From NCBI GenBank assembly GCA_964620645.1, contig CAZUHU010000002.1, positions 781-64,780 of the forward strand: a DNA stretch of 64,000 bases, given 5' to 3'. The DNA is from an uncultured Chitinophaga sp. GTDB taxonomy: Bacteria > Bacteroidota > Bacteroidia > Chitinophagales > LD1. The notes under the pieces are model-generated. The model saw only the letters and a program-made list of their open reading frames with translations. It ran no database searches and had not been told where the DNA came from. The translations under genes and the position numbers were made by a program. The stretch's first letter is position 1. Each line of letters opens with the position of its first letter. This document shows positions 36,747 through 46,129 of the stretch, in pieces.

Positions 36747-36778
36747 AAAAAAAATCCCGCCCCTGAGAGAGGGCGGGA
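36747..36778 (-). terminator. rho-independent terminator of the PspC-domain gene (hairpin shared with the convergent anti-sigma gene)
   Basis: 8-bp G/C-rich stem tcccgccc / gggcggga with an 8-nt loop. On the minus strand it is followed by T8 (the A8 run at 36747-36754 on plus). Confidence 0.8.
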
Positions 36779-36842
36779 AAACCAACTTACACCGCTTGCT
36801 TGCTTTTTTGATTAAGGATAATTGCGGTGAGAAAAGTTTAGG

Positions 36843-38552
36843 CTATTTATCTTTTAGCCTTTCCAGTTTGCGTTCCAATTCTTCTACTTTGCGTTCCAGC
36901 TTTTCATTCTCCTTTTCCACTTTACGTTGCAGTTTTTCTTCTTTATCCTGCATGTAGTGGTTTTCACCTACAACGCATCTTACTGCTCCGCTATCTACCG
37001 TCCATACTGTATTATTAAAATAGGTATCATCATATTTTGAATTTCCTTTAACCGTTGCAGCCCAACGGTCCAGGTTATCGGCAAAGTGCACCATTTTACC
37101 TTGCGGTATAGCCAGTTGCAGTTTTACATTTTGGCCGCGCCATTTACCGCCTTTAGGCATTAGCAGGTACGGTGGTAAATTCAACACGGTATCAATTTGC
37201 TTAACAGGGTATTGCACCAGGGTAATATTGTGCAGCGCATCAGCACGGGTGCTGCCGCGGGAGGTGAAAACGGTAAACAAATGGAATGAGGAGTCAGTAG
37301 AAGGAATAAGCTGCAGGTCTGGCTCGCCAACCGGTATAATGTCCATTTTGCTTACGTCATCGCCGTTAATAAACACCCCGTCGAAATCAATATTGAAATC
37401 AAAATCGTCATCGTCGTCAGGGCTTACTTTTTTACCGTTCTCATCGGCAATTTGAACCAGTAGCCCATTATTAGCCGGTGTGGTAATAGCTACCTCCTCT
37501 GCCTTAGTAGCGCTTATTTTATAGTTGCGGGTAGCTTTCCAGCCTCCTATACTCAGCAAAACTATACCGGCAACCCAAAGCAGGGCGAACACCCAACCTA
37601 AACGAGGCGCCTGTGCGCTTTTGCCGATGATTAAACGGATAGCGCCATATATAGCAGCCATAACCGGTGCACCAATAAGCAAAATGAAACCGATTTTAAG
37701 CATGGTAATTACGCCGGGGCTATCAACCACCATGTAAGGGGCCTTGGTAAGTACGGCGTTGCCTGCCACCGAGATGCCGAACATACCCGCCAAAAGGGCA
37801 AAGAGGATAACCATACCAATGAAGATGACAAAGGCAAGAATAACCTTGAGCACAGCCTTAAGTATAGTTACAAAGGCAGAAGAAAAACGCTCAAAAATGG
37901 TTTTATCATTCACCAGACCTTTTACTGACTCGCCGGTGCGCGCAGCCGCTTCTTTAAATTCCTTCTCAATGGTTTTTATATTGATGGGCTCGCCGCGCAT
38001 CTGCAGTTTTTCAGCAGCGCTCTCCGCCTCGGGTACTATAATCATTAACAGAATATAGATTGGGATTATGGCACCTGAGGTGATAGGGATAAACACTACA
38101 GCCAGTATGCGTAACCAAACAGGGTCGTCAATACCCAGGTAGTGGCACAGGCCTGATATAACCCCGGCTACACGCTTGTCGTCAGGGTCGCGGAACAGCC
38201 TTTTTTTCACCGGCTCACCTTTAGGGGCAGAGCTTGTATTAGTGTTTGATGAAGTGGCCTTCTGTTCGCCTGTTGATGTTGTTTCATCTTCGCCTGCTAT
38301 ATCCTCAGGCTTACCCATTATATTAATAATGTATTCAATGTCTTCCAGGCTGGCAACTTCCTTGCGGTCGCCTATGCGTTGGTTCAGCATTTCAGCCATA
38401 CGGCCTTCTATATCGGCCATAATCTCGCTGCGTTCAGTTTCGTTACTGAATTTGCGCTTAAGCGCTTCAAGGTAGTTGTGCAGGGCTTCGAATGCATTTT
38501 CATCAATGATGAAAGCGATGCCACCCAGGTTTATGTTAATTGTCTTTCTCAT
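36843..38552 (-). CDS. long PspC-domain membrane protein
   Basis: RLFRDPDDKRVAGVISGLCHYLGIDDPVWLRILAVVF is the PspC domain. Four or more TM helices, a beta-rich C-terminal region, and a terminal coiled coil (EKLQRKVEKENEKLERKVEELERKLERLKDK). Confidence 0.85.
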   Translation of the reverse strand: MRKTININLGGIAFIIDENAFEALHNYLEALKRKFSNETERSEIMADIEGRMAEMLNQRIGDRKEVASLEDIEYIINIMGKPEDIAGEDETTSTGEQKATSSNTNTSSAPKGEPVKKRLFRDPDDKRVAGVISGLCHYLGIDDPVWLRILAVVFIPITSGAIIPIYILLMIIVPEAESAAEKLQMRGEPINIKTIEKEFKEAAARTGESVKGLVNDKTIFERFSSAFVTILKAVLKVILAFVIFIGMVILFALLAGMFGISVAGNAVLTKAPYMVVDSPGVITMLKIGFILLIGAPVMAAIYGAIRLIIGKSAQAPRLGWVFALLWVAGIVLLSIGGWKATRNYKISATKAEEVAITTPANNGLLVQIADENGKKVSPDDDDDFDFNIDFDGVFINGDDVSKMDIIPVGEPDLQLIPSTDSSFHLFTVFTSRGSTRADALHNITLVQYPVKQIDTVLNLPPYLLMPKGGKWRGQNVKLQLAIPQGKMVHFADNLDRWAATVKGNSKYDDTYFNNTVWTVDSGAVRCVVGENHYMQDKEEKLQRKVEKENEKLERKVEELERKLERLKDK

Positions 38553-38555
38553 TTT

Positions 38556-38897
38556 TTAGTTGGTTTTAGGCGTTTGGTCAATAATTTGGTTTACTGAAGC
38601 GGTAAGCTCCTTCCACCCATCAATCAATTCCTTCAGAAAAACCCTACCATCATCGGTAAGGGTAAAGTACTTACGGGGTGGTCCGCTTTGGCTTTCTACC
38701 CAGCGGTAGGAAAGCAGTCCGTCGTTTTTTAAGCGGGTAAGCAGGGGGTAAAGTGTTCCTTCAACTACCAGCAGGCGGGCTTCCTTCATCTTCTCGATAA
38801 TCTCGGTAGGATAATGTTCGCCATCGGCCAGTATGGAAAGGATGCAGAATTCGAGCACTCCCTTTCTCATTTGCGCTTTGGTGTTTTCTATATTCAT
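38556..38897 (-). CDS. PadR-family transcriptional regulator
   Basis: LEFCILSILADGEHYPTEIIEKM...VEGTLYPLLTRLKNDGLLSYRWVES is a winged-HTH PadR signature. The stop lies 3 nt before the PspC gene start. Confidence 0.9.
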   Translation of the reverse strand: MNIENTKAQMRKGVLEFCILSILADGEHYPTEIIEKMKEARLLVVEGTLYPLLTRLKNDGLLSYRWVESQSGPPRKYFTLTDDGRVFLKELIDGWKELTASVNQIIDQTPKTN

Positions 38898-38929
38898 AAA
38901 CTCTCCTTTTTTGTTTAATAAAGCGTTGG

Positions 38930-39391
38930 TTATACCACGCGGAATTTGATAACAAGCACAAACTTTTCGTCGTTGCCGGCTGAGCTCAGTTTCATGCGTT
39001 GTAGCTGGTTGTAAGCGTAGGCTTTAAGTTTTTCATTACCGCTGTAAATCTCAAACACAGTAATGTGGCCCTGGTCATCAACCGATACTAAGGCCTTAAC
39101 ATCGTTTACTTCGCTGTTCTCGGTAACAAAATCAGGGCAGGTAATTTTGCCCACTATCTCGCGGCGGATAGTTTCTTTCAGGTTTTTTGAATTGCCGCCT
39201 GCGATAAAACTTGCCGTTCCACCAACTGCTTCTGCAATTGCCGGCTCCTCAATGGTGCTTTCTGCGCTTACTACATACTTGCTTTTAAACTCTTCCATAT
39301 TGCTTACGGCGCAACAGTTGCTGGCAGTGGCTCCAAAACCGGTAAGCGCTAAGCCGGTTAACAGCAAGGCTTTTGTGATAATCTGTTTCAT
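38930..39391 (-). CDS. hypothetical exported protein, first gene of the PadR-PspC operon
   Basis: Signal peptide MKQIITKALLLTGLALTGFGATA. 153 aa. 32-nt gap to padR on the same strand. Confidence 0.6.
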   Translation of the reverse strand: MKQIITKALLLTGLALTGFGATASNCCAVSNMEEFKSKYVVSAESTIEEPAIAEAVGGTASFIAGGNSKNLKETIRREIVGKITCPDFVTENSEVNDVKALVSVDDQGHITVFEIYSGNEKLKAYAYNQLQRMKLSSAGNDEKFVLVIKFRVV

Positions 39392-39431
39392 ATTACTTAT
39401 GGTGTTATGTTTTACAATCTAATTGACAATG

Positions 39432-39473
39432 CAAAGATATGTTCGAAAAAAGGTATTATGCAATACATAATAC
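39432..39473 (-). promoter_or_regulatory. candidate promoter (-7 TAtcTTTG; -33 TTG) with an overlapping 8-bp inverted repeat (putative PadR operator)
   Basis: Minus strand: TAtcTTTG at 39432-39439, with TTG 21 nt upstream lying inside the palindrome gtattatg-N5-cataatac (39453-39473). About 40 nt upstream of ATG 39391. Confidence 0.45.
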
Positions 39474-39631
39474 TATATTTTTTATATACCGTGCCTTAAT
39501 TTATTGATTATCAATAAGAAAAAATTTTATCCCTTGGTCTTAAAAATTGGGCAGAGGAAGGTTTGGTTGTTCAAAGTCATATTTAATAAAGGTTAAACCA
39601 TGCCTATTTTTGAACTTTTAAATCCAATTCG

Positions 39632-40819
39632 ATGCAAAAAAATCTACTCCTGGCACTGTTTGGCCTGCTTACCCTAAATATGGCCATAGCTCAGATAACC
39701 GATTCAGTAAGGGTTGAACCTATTGTGAAAAAGAAACCTAAAGTGGTATTAGGAGGCGATGGAATTTACCTGCGCGACTCTACCTGGAAAGTGGGAGGAT
39801 ACCTGGGCGTTACGCTGAACCAGGTTGCCCTTTACCAATGGGCGCCGGGAGGCTCTAACAGCTTTGCCTTTTTAATTGGTGCCAGCGGTTATGCCAACTA
39901 CAAAAAGAAGAATCTGATGTGGGAAAACAGCCTGGATATTAAATGGGGTATGGTGGCAAATGGCCTTATCCGCCGAGCCTCGCTGGCCAAGCACAACTTT
40001 CAAAAGAATATTGACCTGCTGGCGTTAAAGTCTAACTTCGGCTACCAGGTTACCAAGTCTTTATATGTTTCGGCTAAAGTTGGTTTCGAAAGTCAGCTAA
40101 CCCGGAGTTATGATTATACGTTAACGGATACTGTGGGTGGCGCTTACAGGCAATACACGGTATCAAAATTCGGTGCCCCCGCTATACTTACAATAGGCCC
40201 GGGTTTAACCTGGAAACCGAAGGATTACTTCTCTTTGTTCTTCTCACCTGTTGAAGGTAAAATGACTTTTGTTACACCCGACCGCGATGGCCGCGATACC
40301 ACTACCTTGGCAGATGGCCGCTATACAGATAACTACTACAGAGATGTGGATGAAACGCGTTTTGGCCTGGAGCGCGGTAAAATGTTTATGGGCGAACTGG
40401 GCTTAGAACTGGATCTCCTGTTCCAAAAGGACATAGTGAAGAACGTAAACTGGAAAAGCCATCTAAACGTGTTCTCCGCTTACTTAAACGCCAGCTACAA
40501 TACGGAAATGCCTAAATACTTTGAAGCTGAAGATTCCATGGGTGTTATGAGCATAGCCAAAACCACGCGCCATATACCGGTAATTAAGTGGGATAATGAT
40601 CTGGTATTTAAAATTAATAAGTTTTTGAGCGCTACCCTAAGCGCACGTTTTGTTTACCAATATAACGCCCAAACGCCGGTAGATAAAAAGGACATCCGTA
40701 GCGGCGAGAAAAAACCGGATGGTATTACGGATAAGGACAAATTTGGTAATGCCGTATTAAGCTTCAATAAGCTGCAGATATTTGAACAGTTTGGTATAGG
40801 ACTGGCGGTTAAATTTTAA
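39632..40819 (+). CDS. DUF3078-family outer-membrane protein
   Basis: Signal peptide. WKVGGYLGVTLNQVALYQWAPGGSNSFAF matches the remembered DUF3078 N-terminal motif. Beta-strand periodicity throughout, ending ..GIGLAVKF. Confidence 0.7.
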   Translation: MQKNLLLALFGLLTLNMAIAQITDSVRVEPIVKKKPKVVLGGDGIYLRDSTWKVGGYLGVTLNQVALYQWAPGGSNSFAFLIGASGYANYKKKNLMWENSLDIKWGMVANGLIRRASLAKHNFQKNIDLLALKSNFGYQVTKSLYVSAKVGFESQLTRSYDYTLTDTVGGAYRQYTVSKFGAPAILTIGPGLTWKPKDYFSLFFSPVEGKMTFVTPDRDGRDTTTLADGRYTDNYYRDVDETRFGLERGKMFMGELGLELDLLFQKDIVKNVNWKSHLNVFSAYLNASYNTEMPKYFEAEDSMGVMSIAKTTRHIPVIKWDNDLVFKINKFLSATLSARFVYQYNAQTPVDKKDIRSGEKKPDGITDKDKFGNAVLSFNKLQIFEQFGIGLAVKF

Positions 40820-41059
40820 ACCGCATCCTGTTTTGCTATGCGTTGTTACGAAGGGCCGGCTTAAGCCCTTTACACACTCCTGAGCGCACAAAAAGCGTTA
40901 ACCAGGGCACTAAAAATGCGGTTACAGTGGTTATTCTTATAGGTTTAAGCCGGCTTGGCTTAGCGGTATGAATTATTTATAAAAACCTATACCCCCCAAC
41001 AAGCTAGCTAAACCCTTGTGGCTTAACAAAATTTGAATTTTAACAAATGGCACTCAACC

Positions 41060-41067
41060 TACATTTG
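41060..41067 (+). promoter_or_regulatory. candidate -7 box (TAcaTTTG) of the Bat operon
   Basis: Exact TAnnTTTG match, 21 nt upstream of moxR ATG 41088. A TTTG lies about 24 nt upstream, which is longer spacing than the consensus. Confidence 0.4.
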
Positions 41068-41087
41068 TCATCCCAAAAAAATAATGC

Positions 41088-42092
41088 ATGGAAACAACCA
41101 ATGCCCCGGTAGATATTGCCTCTTTAAACGAGCGCATAAAAAATGAAAGTGCTTTTGTTGATGTGTTGGGTATGGAACTTGGCAAAACCATTGTGGGTCA
41201 AAAATACATGACCGAACGTTTGCTGCTGGCCCTGCTTTCCAACGGACATATTTTGTTGGAAGGTGTGCCCGGCCTGGCAAAAACCCTGGCCATAAAATCC
41301 TTAGCCACTGCCATCCACGGCAAGTTTTCGCGCATACAGTTTACGCCCGATTTGCTGCCTGCCGATTTAATTGGCACCATGATCTACAACCAAAAGGAAA
41401 ATGACTTTGCAGTAAAAAAGGGGCCTGTGTTTGCCAACTTTGTGCTGGCAGATGAAATTAACCGTGCCCCCGCCAAAGTGCAGAGCGCATTGCTGGAGGC
41501 CATGCAGGAAAAGCAGGTAACTATAGGCGAAAGCACCTTTAAACTGGAAGAGCCTTTTTTAGTACTGGCCACGCAAAACCCAATAGAACAGGAAGGAACT
41601 TACCCCCTACCCGAAGCCCAGGTAGACCGTTTTATGCTGAAAGTGATTGTTACTTACCCTAAAAAGGAGGAGGAGCAGTTAATTATAAGGCAAAACATGA
41701 GCTTGTCTGATAAGCCCATTAACCCGGTTGTGAAGAAAGAGGACATCATCACCGCACGCAAAACGGTACGCGATGTTTACATGGATGAAAAGATTGAACG
41801 TTACATTTTAGATATAGTTTTTGCTACGCGTAAACCCGATGACTATAAGTTAGGCAAGCTTAAACCGCTTATCAATTACGGCGCCTCGCCGCGTGCAAGC
41901 ATTAACCTGGCGCTGGCCGCCAAAGCATATGCCTTTATTAAGCGCCGCGGCTATGTAATACCGGAAGACATACGCGCCATATGTTACGATGTAATGCGCC
42001 ACCGTATTGGTTTAACCTACGAAGCTGAAGCGGAAAACATTACAACGGAAGAAGTAATAAGCGAAATATTGAATGCTGTAGAGGTTCCATAG
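41088..42092 (+). CDS. moxR: MoxR-family AAA+ ATPase
   Basis: Walker A LLEGVPGLAKT, Walker B/sensor LADEINRAPAKVQSALLEAMQE, and LATQNPIEQEGTYPLPEAQVDRF. Confidence 0.93.
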   Translation: METTNAPVDIASLNERIKNESAFVDVLGMELGKTIVGQKYMTERLLLALLSNGHILLEGVPGLAKTLAIKSLATAIHGKFSRIQFTPDLLPADLIGTMIYNQKENDFAVKKGPVFANFVLADEINRAPAKVQSALLEAMQEKQVTIGESTFKLEEPFLVLATQNPIEQEGTYPLPEAQVDRFMLKVIVTYPKKEEEQLIIRQNMSLSDKPINPVVKKEDIITARKTVRDVYMDEKIERYILDIVFATRKPDDYKLGKLKPLINYGASPRASINLALAAKAYAFIKRRGYVIPEDIRAICYDVMRHRIGLTYEAEAENITTEEVISEILNAVEVP

Positions 42093-42118
42093 TATCATCC
42101 TGTTTAAACAGTGTAATA

Positions 42119-43021
42119 GTGGCAACCAAAGTTTCAAATACCAACGAGGATAAGCGCAGGAAGCTGCGCCGCATTGAAATTCGTACCCGAAAACTGACCA
42201 ACCAGATTTTTTCGGGCAGCTATCACTCTGCATTTAAAGGTAAGGGCATATCGTTTAGCGAAGTACGCGAATACCAGTATGGTGATGATGTGCGCCTTAT
42301 TGACTGGAATGTTACCGCGCGTAACCACAAGCCTTTTATTAAGGTGTTTGAAGAAGAAAGGGAGTTAACTGTAATGCTGCTTATTGATGTTAGCCGCAGT
42401 TCCTTTTTTGGTACGCAAACCGACTTTAAAAACCACGTAATGGCTGAGATAAGCGCAGTGCTTGCCTTTTCAGCCATTTCAAATAACGATAAGGTTGGTG
42501 TAATGTTCTTCAGTGATATAGTGGAGAAATTTATTCCGCCCAAAAAGGGGAAGAGTCACATCCTTCGCATTATCTCTGAGATATACGACTTTAAACCGAA
42601 GCATGTTGGCACTGACATTGCAGAAGCCCTGCGCCACTTCAACAACATGGTAAAGAAGCGCAGCATAGCCTTCTTAGTATCTGATGTTATTTACAACAAC
42701 GAAGGACTGAAGAGTGCATTAACCGTGGCTGCCCGCCGGCACGATTTGATAGGCCTGCATGTGTATGATAAACGCGAGGCGGTTTTACCAGATGTTGGCC
42801 TTATGCATGTGGTGGATTCTGAAACAGGAAATACGGCCTGGATAGACACCTCCAACAAAAAATTCCGCGATACCTACGCCAAAACTTTTGCTGAAAACCA
42901 AAAGAAAACCAAGGACCTGTTTTCAAAAAGCGGGGCGCAGTTGGAAAGCATAAGCACAGAAGACAATTATGTAATTGCCCTAATGAATATGTTTCGAAAG
43001 CGTGAAATGAGAAGAAGATAA
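42119..43021 (+). CDS. DUF58 domain protein (MoxR partner)
   Basis: GTG start. EVREYQYGDDVRLIDWNVTAR is the DUF58 hallmark. VWA-like remainder. Confidence 0.88.
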   Translation: MATKVSNTNEDKRRKLRRIEIRTRKLTNQIFSGSYHSAFKGKGISFSEVREYQYGDDVRLIDWNVTARNHKPFIKVFEEERELTVMLLIDVSRSSFFGTQTDFKNHVMAEISAVLAFSAISNNDKVGVMFFSDIVEKFIPPKKGKSHILRIISEIYDFKPKHVGTDIAEALRHFNNMVKKRSIAFLVSDVIYNNEGLKSALTVAARRHDLIGLHVYDKREAVLPDVGLMHVVDSETGNTAWIDTSNKKFRDTYAKTFAENQKKTKDLFSKSGAQLESISTEDNYVIALMNMFRKREMRRR

Positions 43022-43022
43022 A

Positions 43023-44015
43023 ATGGAAAGGCATGCACAAAATAGAAACACACATCTATATACAAAGCCCTATGCTTTGCTAAGGCTGTGCTTTGTGCTG
43101 TTGTGCGCCGGCGCAGCTACGTTTATCTCATCTGCACAAAGTATTTCCGCCACCTTTGTTTCCGATAGCGCCGAAATACAAATAGGCGACCATATTCCTG
43201 TAAAATTCAATTTGCGTTTCTCCGGAGGCATACAACCCCAGCTACCGCAATGGCGCGATACTATAGGCGAACTGGAAATTGTAAAAGCGGGCAAGCTGGA
43301 CACTTTTGATAATGAAAAAAGCACCGTACTGTCGCAAAACTATGTGCTTACCGCTTTTGATAGTGGCGAATACCACACCGGGGTAAAAACCATCTATTAT
43401 AAAACGGCTTCCGGCAGGCTGGATAGTGTGCTTTCAAATGATCTGTTAGTTGAAGTACGTACGGTACCGGTAGATACAGCAAAGCCCATTAAAGCTATTA
43501 AAGCGCCTTTGCAGCAACCATATACCTGGGATGAGTTTCTTTACTATTACATAGCTGCCGCCGTTTTACTGGCCTTACTTATTGCCTTGATTTTATACCT
43601 GCGTTGGCGCAATAACAAGCCCGTGCCCGAAGTGCGGCCTAAACCGAAGGAACCCGCGCATGTTTGGGCACGTGCCGAATTGAAAAAACTGGAAGAGGAA
43701 AAGCTGTGGCAAAAGGATGAAACCAAGCGCTACTACACGCGCCTATCCGAAATTCTGCGCTTGTACATCGAGTTCCGCTATGGCTATTATGCTATGGAAA
43801 GCACAACGGCTGAAATAGAAGAGAAGATACAATCGTACCACGTAAAGCGCATTGCGCAGGAAAAACTATTGGCCATATTAAACCAGGCCGATCTTGTGAA
43901 GTTTGCCAAGTTGTTACCATTGCCCGATGAGAATATAAAGAACATGGAAAGGGCTTTTGGCTTTATTGATTTAACCGAACCCAAAGAAGAGCAACAAAAG
44001 CAGGAAAAGAAGTAG
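43023..44015 (+). CDS. membrane protein of the Bat operon: BatD-like N-terminal region plus DUF4381-like TM/C-terminal region
   Basis: Starts 1 nt after the DUF58 stop. Signal/anchor, a beta-rich ~150 aa, TM YYYIAAAVLLALLIALILYL, then RWRNNKP...PAHVWARAELKKLEEEKLW. Confidence 0.7.
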   Translation: MERHAQNRNTHLYTKPYALLRLCFVLLCAGAATFISSAQSISATFVSDSAEIQIGDHIPVKFNLRFSGGIQPQLPQWRDTIGELEIVKAGKLDTFDNEKSTVLSQNYVLTAFDSGEYHTGVKTIYYKTASGRLDSVLSNDLLVEVRTVPVDTAKPIKAIKAPLQQPYTWDEFLYYYIAAAVLLALLIALILYLRWRNNKPVPEVRPKPKEPAHVWARAELKKLEEEKLWQKDETKRYYTRLSEILRLYIEFRYGYYAMESTTAEIEEKIQSYHVKRIAQEKLLAILNQADLVKFAKLLPLPDENIKNMERAFGFIDLTEPKEEQQKQEKK

Positions 44016-44018
44016 AAG

Positions 44019-45032
44019 ATGTTTAATCACCTAACAGAAATATCGTGGGCCAACAAATGGGTGCTCTGGTTTATACCGGTGGTACTTTTGTTGTCGGTTG
44101 TGTGGTGGTATTTCCGTTCGCGTAAGGAACACCCTCTGCTTACTATTTCTTCTCTGCGCTCCTTCAAGGGGTTTGAGCATCCGCTTAAGGCAATCATTAA
44201 ACGCCTGTTGCCCCTGTTGCGGGTAGCAGCATTGCTTTTTTTGATTGCTGCCCTTGCCCGCCCGCAAACCTTGTACGACGAAGAGAAGGTTTCTACCGAA
44301 GGTATTGATATAGTTATTGCCGTGGATGTTTCTACCTCAATGCTGGCTAAGGACTTTGACCCTAACCGCCTTGAGGCAGCTAAAAGAGAAGCCACATCTT
44401 TTATTGAGGGCCGCCCGCATGACAGGATAGGCCTGGTAATTTTTTCCGGCGAAAGTTTTACGCAGTGCCCCGTAACGGTGGACCATGCCATTATTAAATC
44501 GCAGCTTAAAGAAATTAAGAACGGCTTGTTAGAGGATGGCACTGCCATAGGTATGGGGCTGGCTACATCGGTGCAGCGCCTGGTAGAGTCGGAAGCAAAG
44601 AGCAAAGTGGTGATTTTAATGACTGACGGCGTAAACAACCGAGGCATGATTGACCCTATGACCGCCTGCGACATTGCCATGCACATGGGCGTGCGCGTAT
44701 ATACCATAGGCATAGGTTCCAATGGCGATGCCATGACACCGGTAGGGATGATGGCCAATGGCACCCTGGTATTTGACCGCGCACCCGTACAAATTGATGA
44801 AGCCCTTTTAAAGGACATAGCGAAAAAAACAGGAGGAAAGTATTTCAGGGCGGATAATAACGAACGCCTGAAAGAGATATACCAGCAAATTGATAAGCTG
44901 GAAAAAACGAAGATTGAAGTAAGCGCCTTTGAACGCAAAACCGAGAAGTTTCATGTGTTTGCATTAATAGCAGGGGTGCTTGTATTTATAGAATTGCTCT
45001 TAAAGTATTTGGTAACGCGCTCAATTCCGTAA
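44019..45032 (+). CDS. batA: BatA, VWA-domain membrane protein
   Basis: N-terminal TMs. MIDAS motif AVDVSTSM. MTDGVNN. C-terminal TM. Position in the operon. Confidence 0.88.
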   Translation: MFNHLTEISWANKWVLWFIPVVLLLSVVWWYFRSRKEHPLLTISSLRSFKGFEHPLKAIIKRLLPLLRVAALLFLIAALARPQTLYDEEKVSTEGIDIVIAVDVSTSMLAKDFDPNRLEAAKREATSFIEGRPHDRIGLVIFSGESFTQCPVTVDHAIIKSQLKEIKNGLLEDGTAIGMGLATSVQRLVESEAKSKVVILMTDGVNNRGMIDPMTACDIAMHMGVRVYTIGIGSNGDAMTPVGMMANGTLVFDRAPVQIDEALLKDIAKKTGGKYFRADNNERLKEIYQQIDKLEKTKIEVSAFERKTEKFHVFALIAGVLVFIELLLKYLVTRSIP

Positions 45033-45035
45033 GGC

Positions 45036-46127
45036 ATGCCTAAGGATAACAACATAAAATACCTGTGGTTGCTGGTGCTTTTAGTGCCGGTGGGTGTGGC
45101 GTTATTACTTACGCGCGAAGTGGCTTTCCGATACGAGCATCCAAGCTATTTATGGGGCCTTGCCTTAGTGGCGCCGCTTATCGCATTTTTTATTGCAGGC
45201 CAGGTTTGGAAGGCAAAAAAGATGAAGCAGTTCGGTAACCCGCACCTGGTACAACAACTAACGGCCGATGCATCAATAGGCAAGCAGTTACTGAAATTTA
45301 TTTTGGCCGCACTGGCATTCGAACTTATAGTTATAGGTTTTGCTAACCCGCAGGTGGGCACCAAGCAGGAGAAAGTAAAACGCCAGGGTATTGATGTAAT
45401 TATTGCATTGGATGTTTCTAACTCTATGCTTAGCGAGGACGATGTAAAAATATCTCGACTTGCGCGCTCCAAAAACTTTATCAGCAACTTTATTGAACAG
45501 TTGAGTAACGACCGTTTGGGTATGATTGTTTTTGCGGGCCGTGCCTACCTGCAAATGCCATTAACGGTGGACTATAGCGCTGCCCGTATGTATCTAAAGG
45601 CTACCAACACCGGTATGATACCTACACAAGGCACTAACATTGCCGAAGCAGTAAATCACGCAAGGCAATCTTTTGTGCAGGGCGAGGACAAGCACAAGGC
45701 CTTAATAATTATAAGCGATGGGGAGGATAATGAAGGCGGCACGGATGAGGCTATTGCCGCAGCCGTAAAAGGGGGTATTAAGATTTATACCATTGGCGTA
45801 GGTAGCGAAAAGGGCTCGCCGATACCTATGGGTAATGATTTTAAGCATGATGAGCAGGGTAATGTTGTACTATCGAAAATGAATGCGCAAATGTTGCAGG
45901 AGGTTGCTGCAAAAGGCAATGGTAAGTATTACACCATGGGCGGTGGTAAGGAAGAGATAAAGGCCATATTGAAGGATTTAGGAGGCCTGGGTAGCAAGAA
46001 CCTGGAAGATGTAGTGTTTACTGATTACGACGATCAGTTTATATGGTGCCTGTTGGCGGCGGCAATATTATTGTTGGTGGACTGGTGGTTAACCGAAACA
46101 AAATTTAAATGGAGCTTTAAACTGTAA
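45036..46127 (+). CDS. batB: BatB, VWA-domain membrane protein
   Basis: MIDAS motif ALDVSNSM. ISDGEDNEG. Flanking TMs. Confidence 0.88.
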   Translation: MPKDNNIKYLWLLVLLVPVGVALLLTREVAFRYEHPSYLWGLALVAPLIAFFIAGQVWKAKKMKQFGNPHLVQQLTADASIGKQLLKFILAALAFELIVIGFANPQVGTKQEKVKRQGIDVIIALDVSNSMLSEDDVKISRLARSKNFISNFIEQLSNDRLGMIVFAGRAYLQMPLTVDYSAARMYLKATNTGMIPTQGTNIAEAVNHARQSFVQGEDKHKALIIISDGEDNEGGTDEAIAAAVKGGIKIYTIGVGSEKGSPIPMGNDFKHDEQGNVVLSKMNAQMLQEVAAKGNGKYYTMGGGKEEIKAILKDLGGLGSKNLEDVVFTDYDDQFIWCLLAAAILLLVDWWLTETKFKWSFKL

Positions 46128-46129
46128 GC

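Noticed and set aside
41068-41280. 70-aa minus-strand ORF overlapping the moxR start
   Set aside because: It is antisense to a strongly supported gene and to its promoter box, and its sequence is not protein-like.
44027-44938. 303-aa ORF on the minus strand covering almost all of batA
   Set aside because: It lies antisense to a gene with clear VWA/MIDAS motifs and operon context. Its product is Ser/Cys/Arg-rich with no motif, signal peptide or plausible promoter. The frame stays open because every Tyr codon I checked follows a purine-ending codon, which is unusual but consistent with chance. I treat it as a shadow ORF. Ribosome profiling could overturn this.
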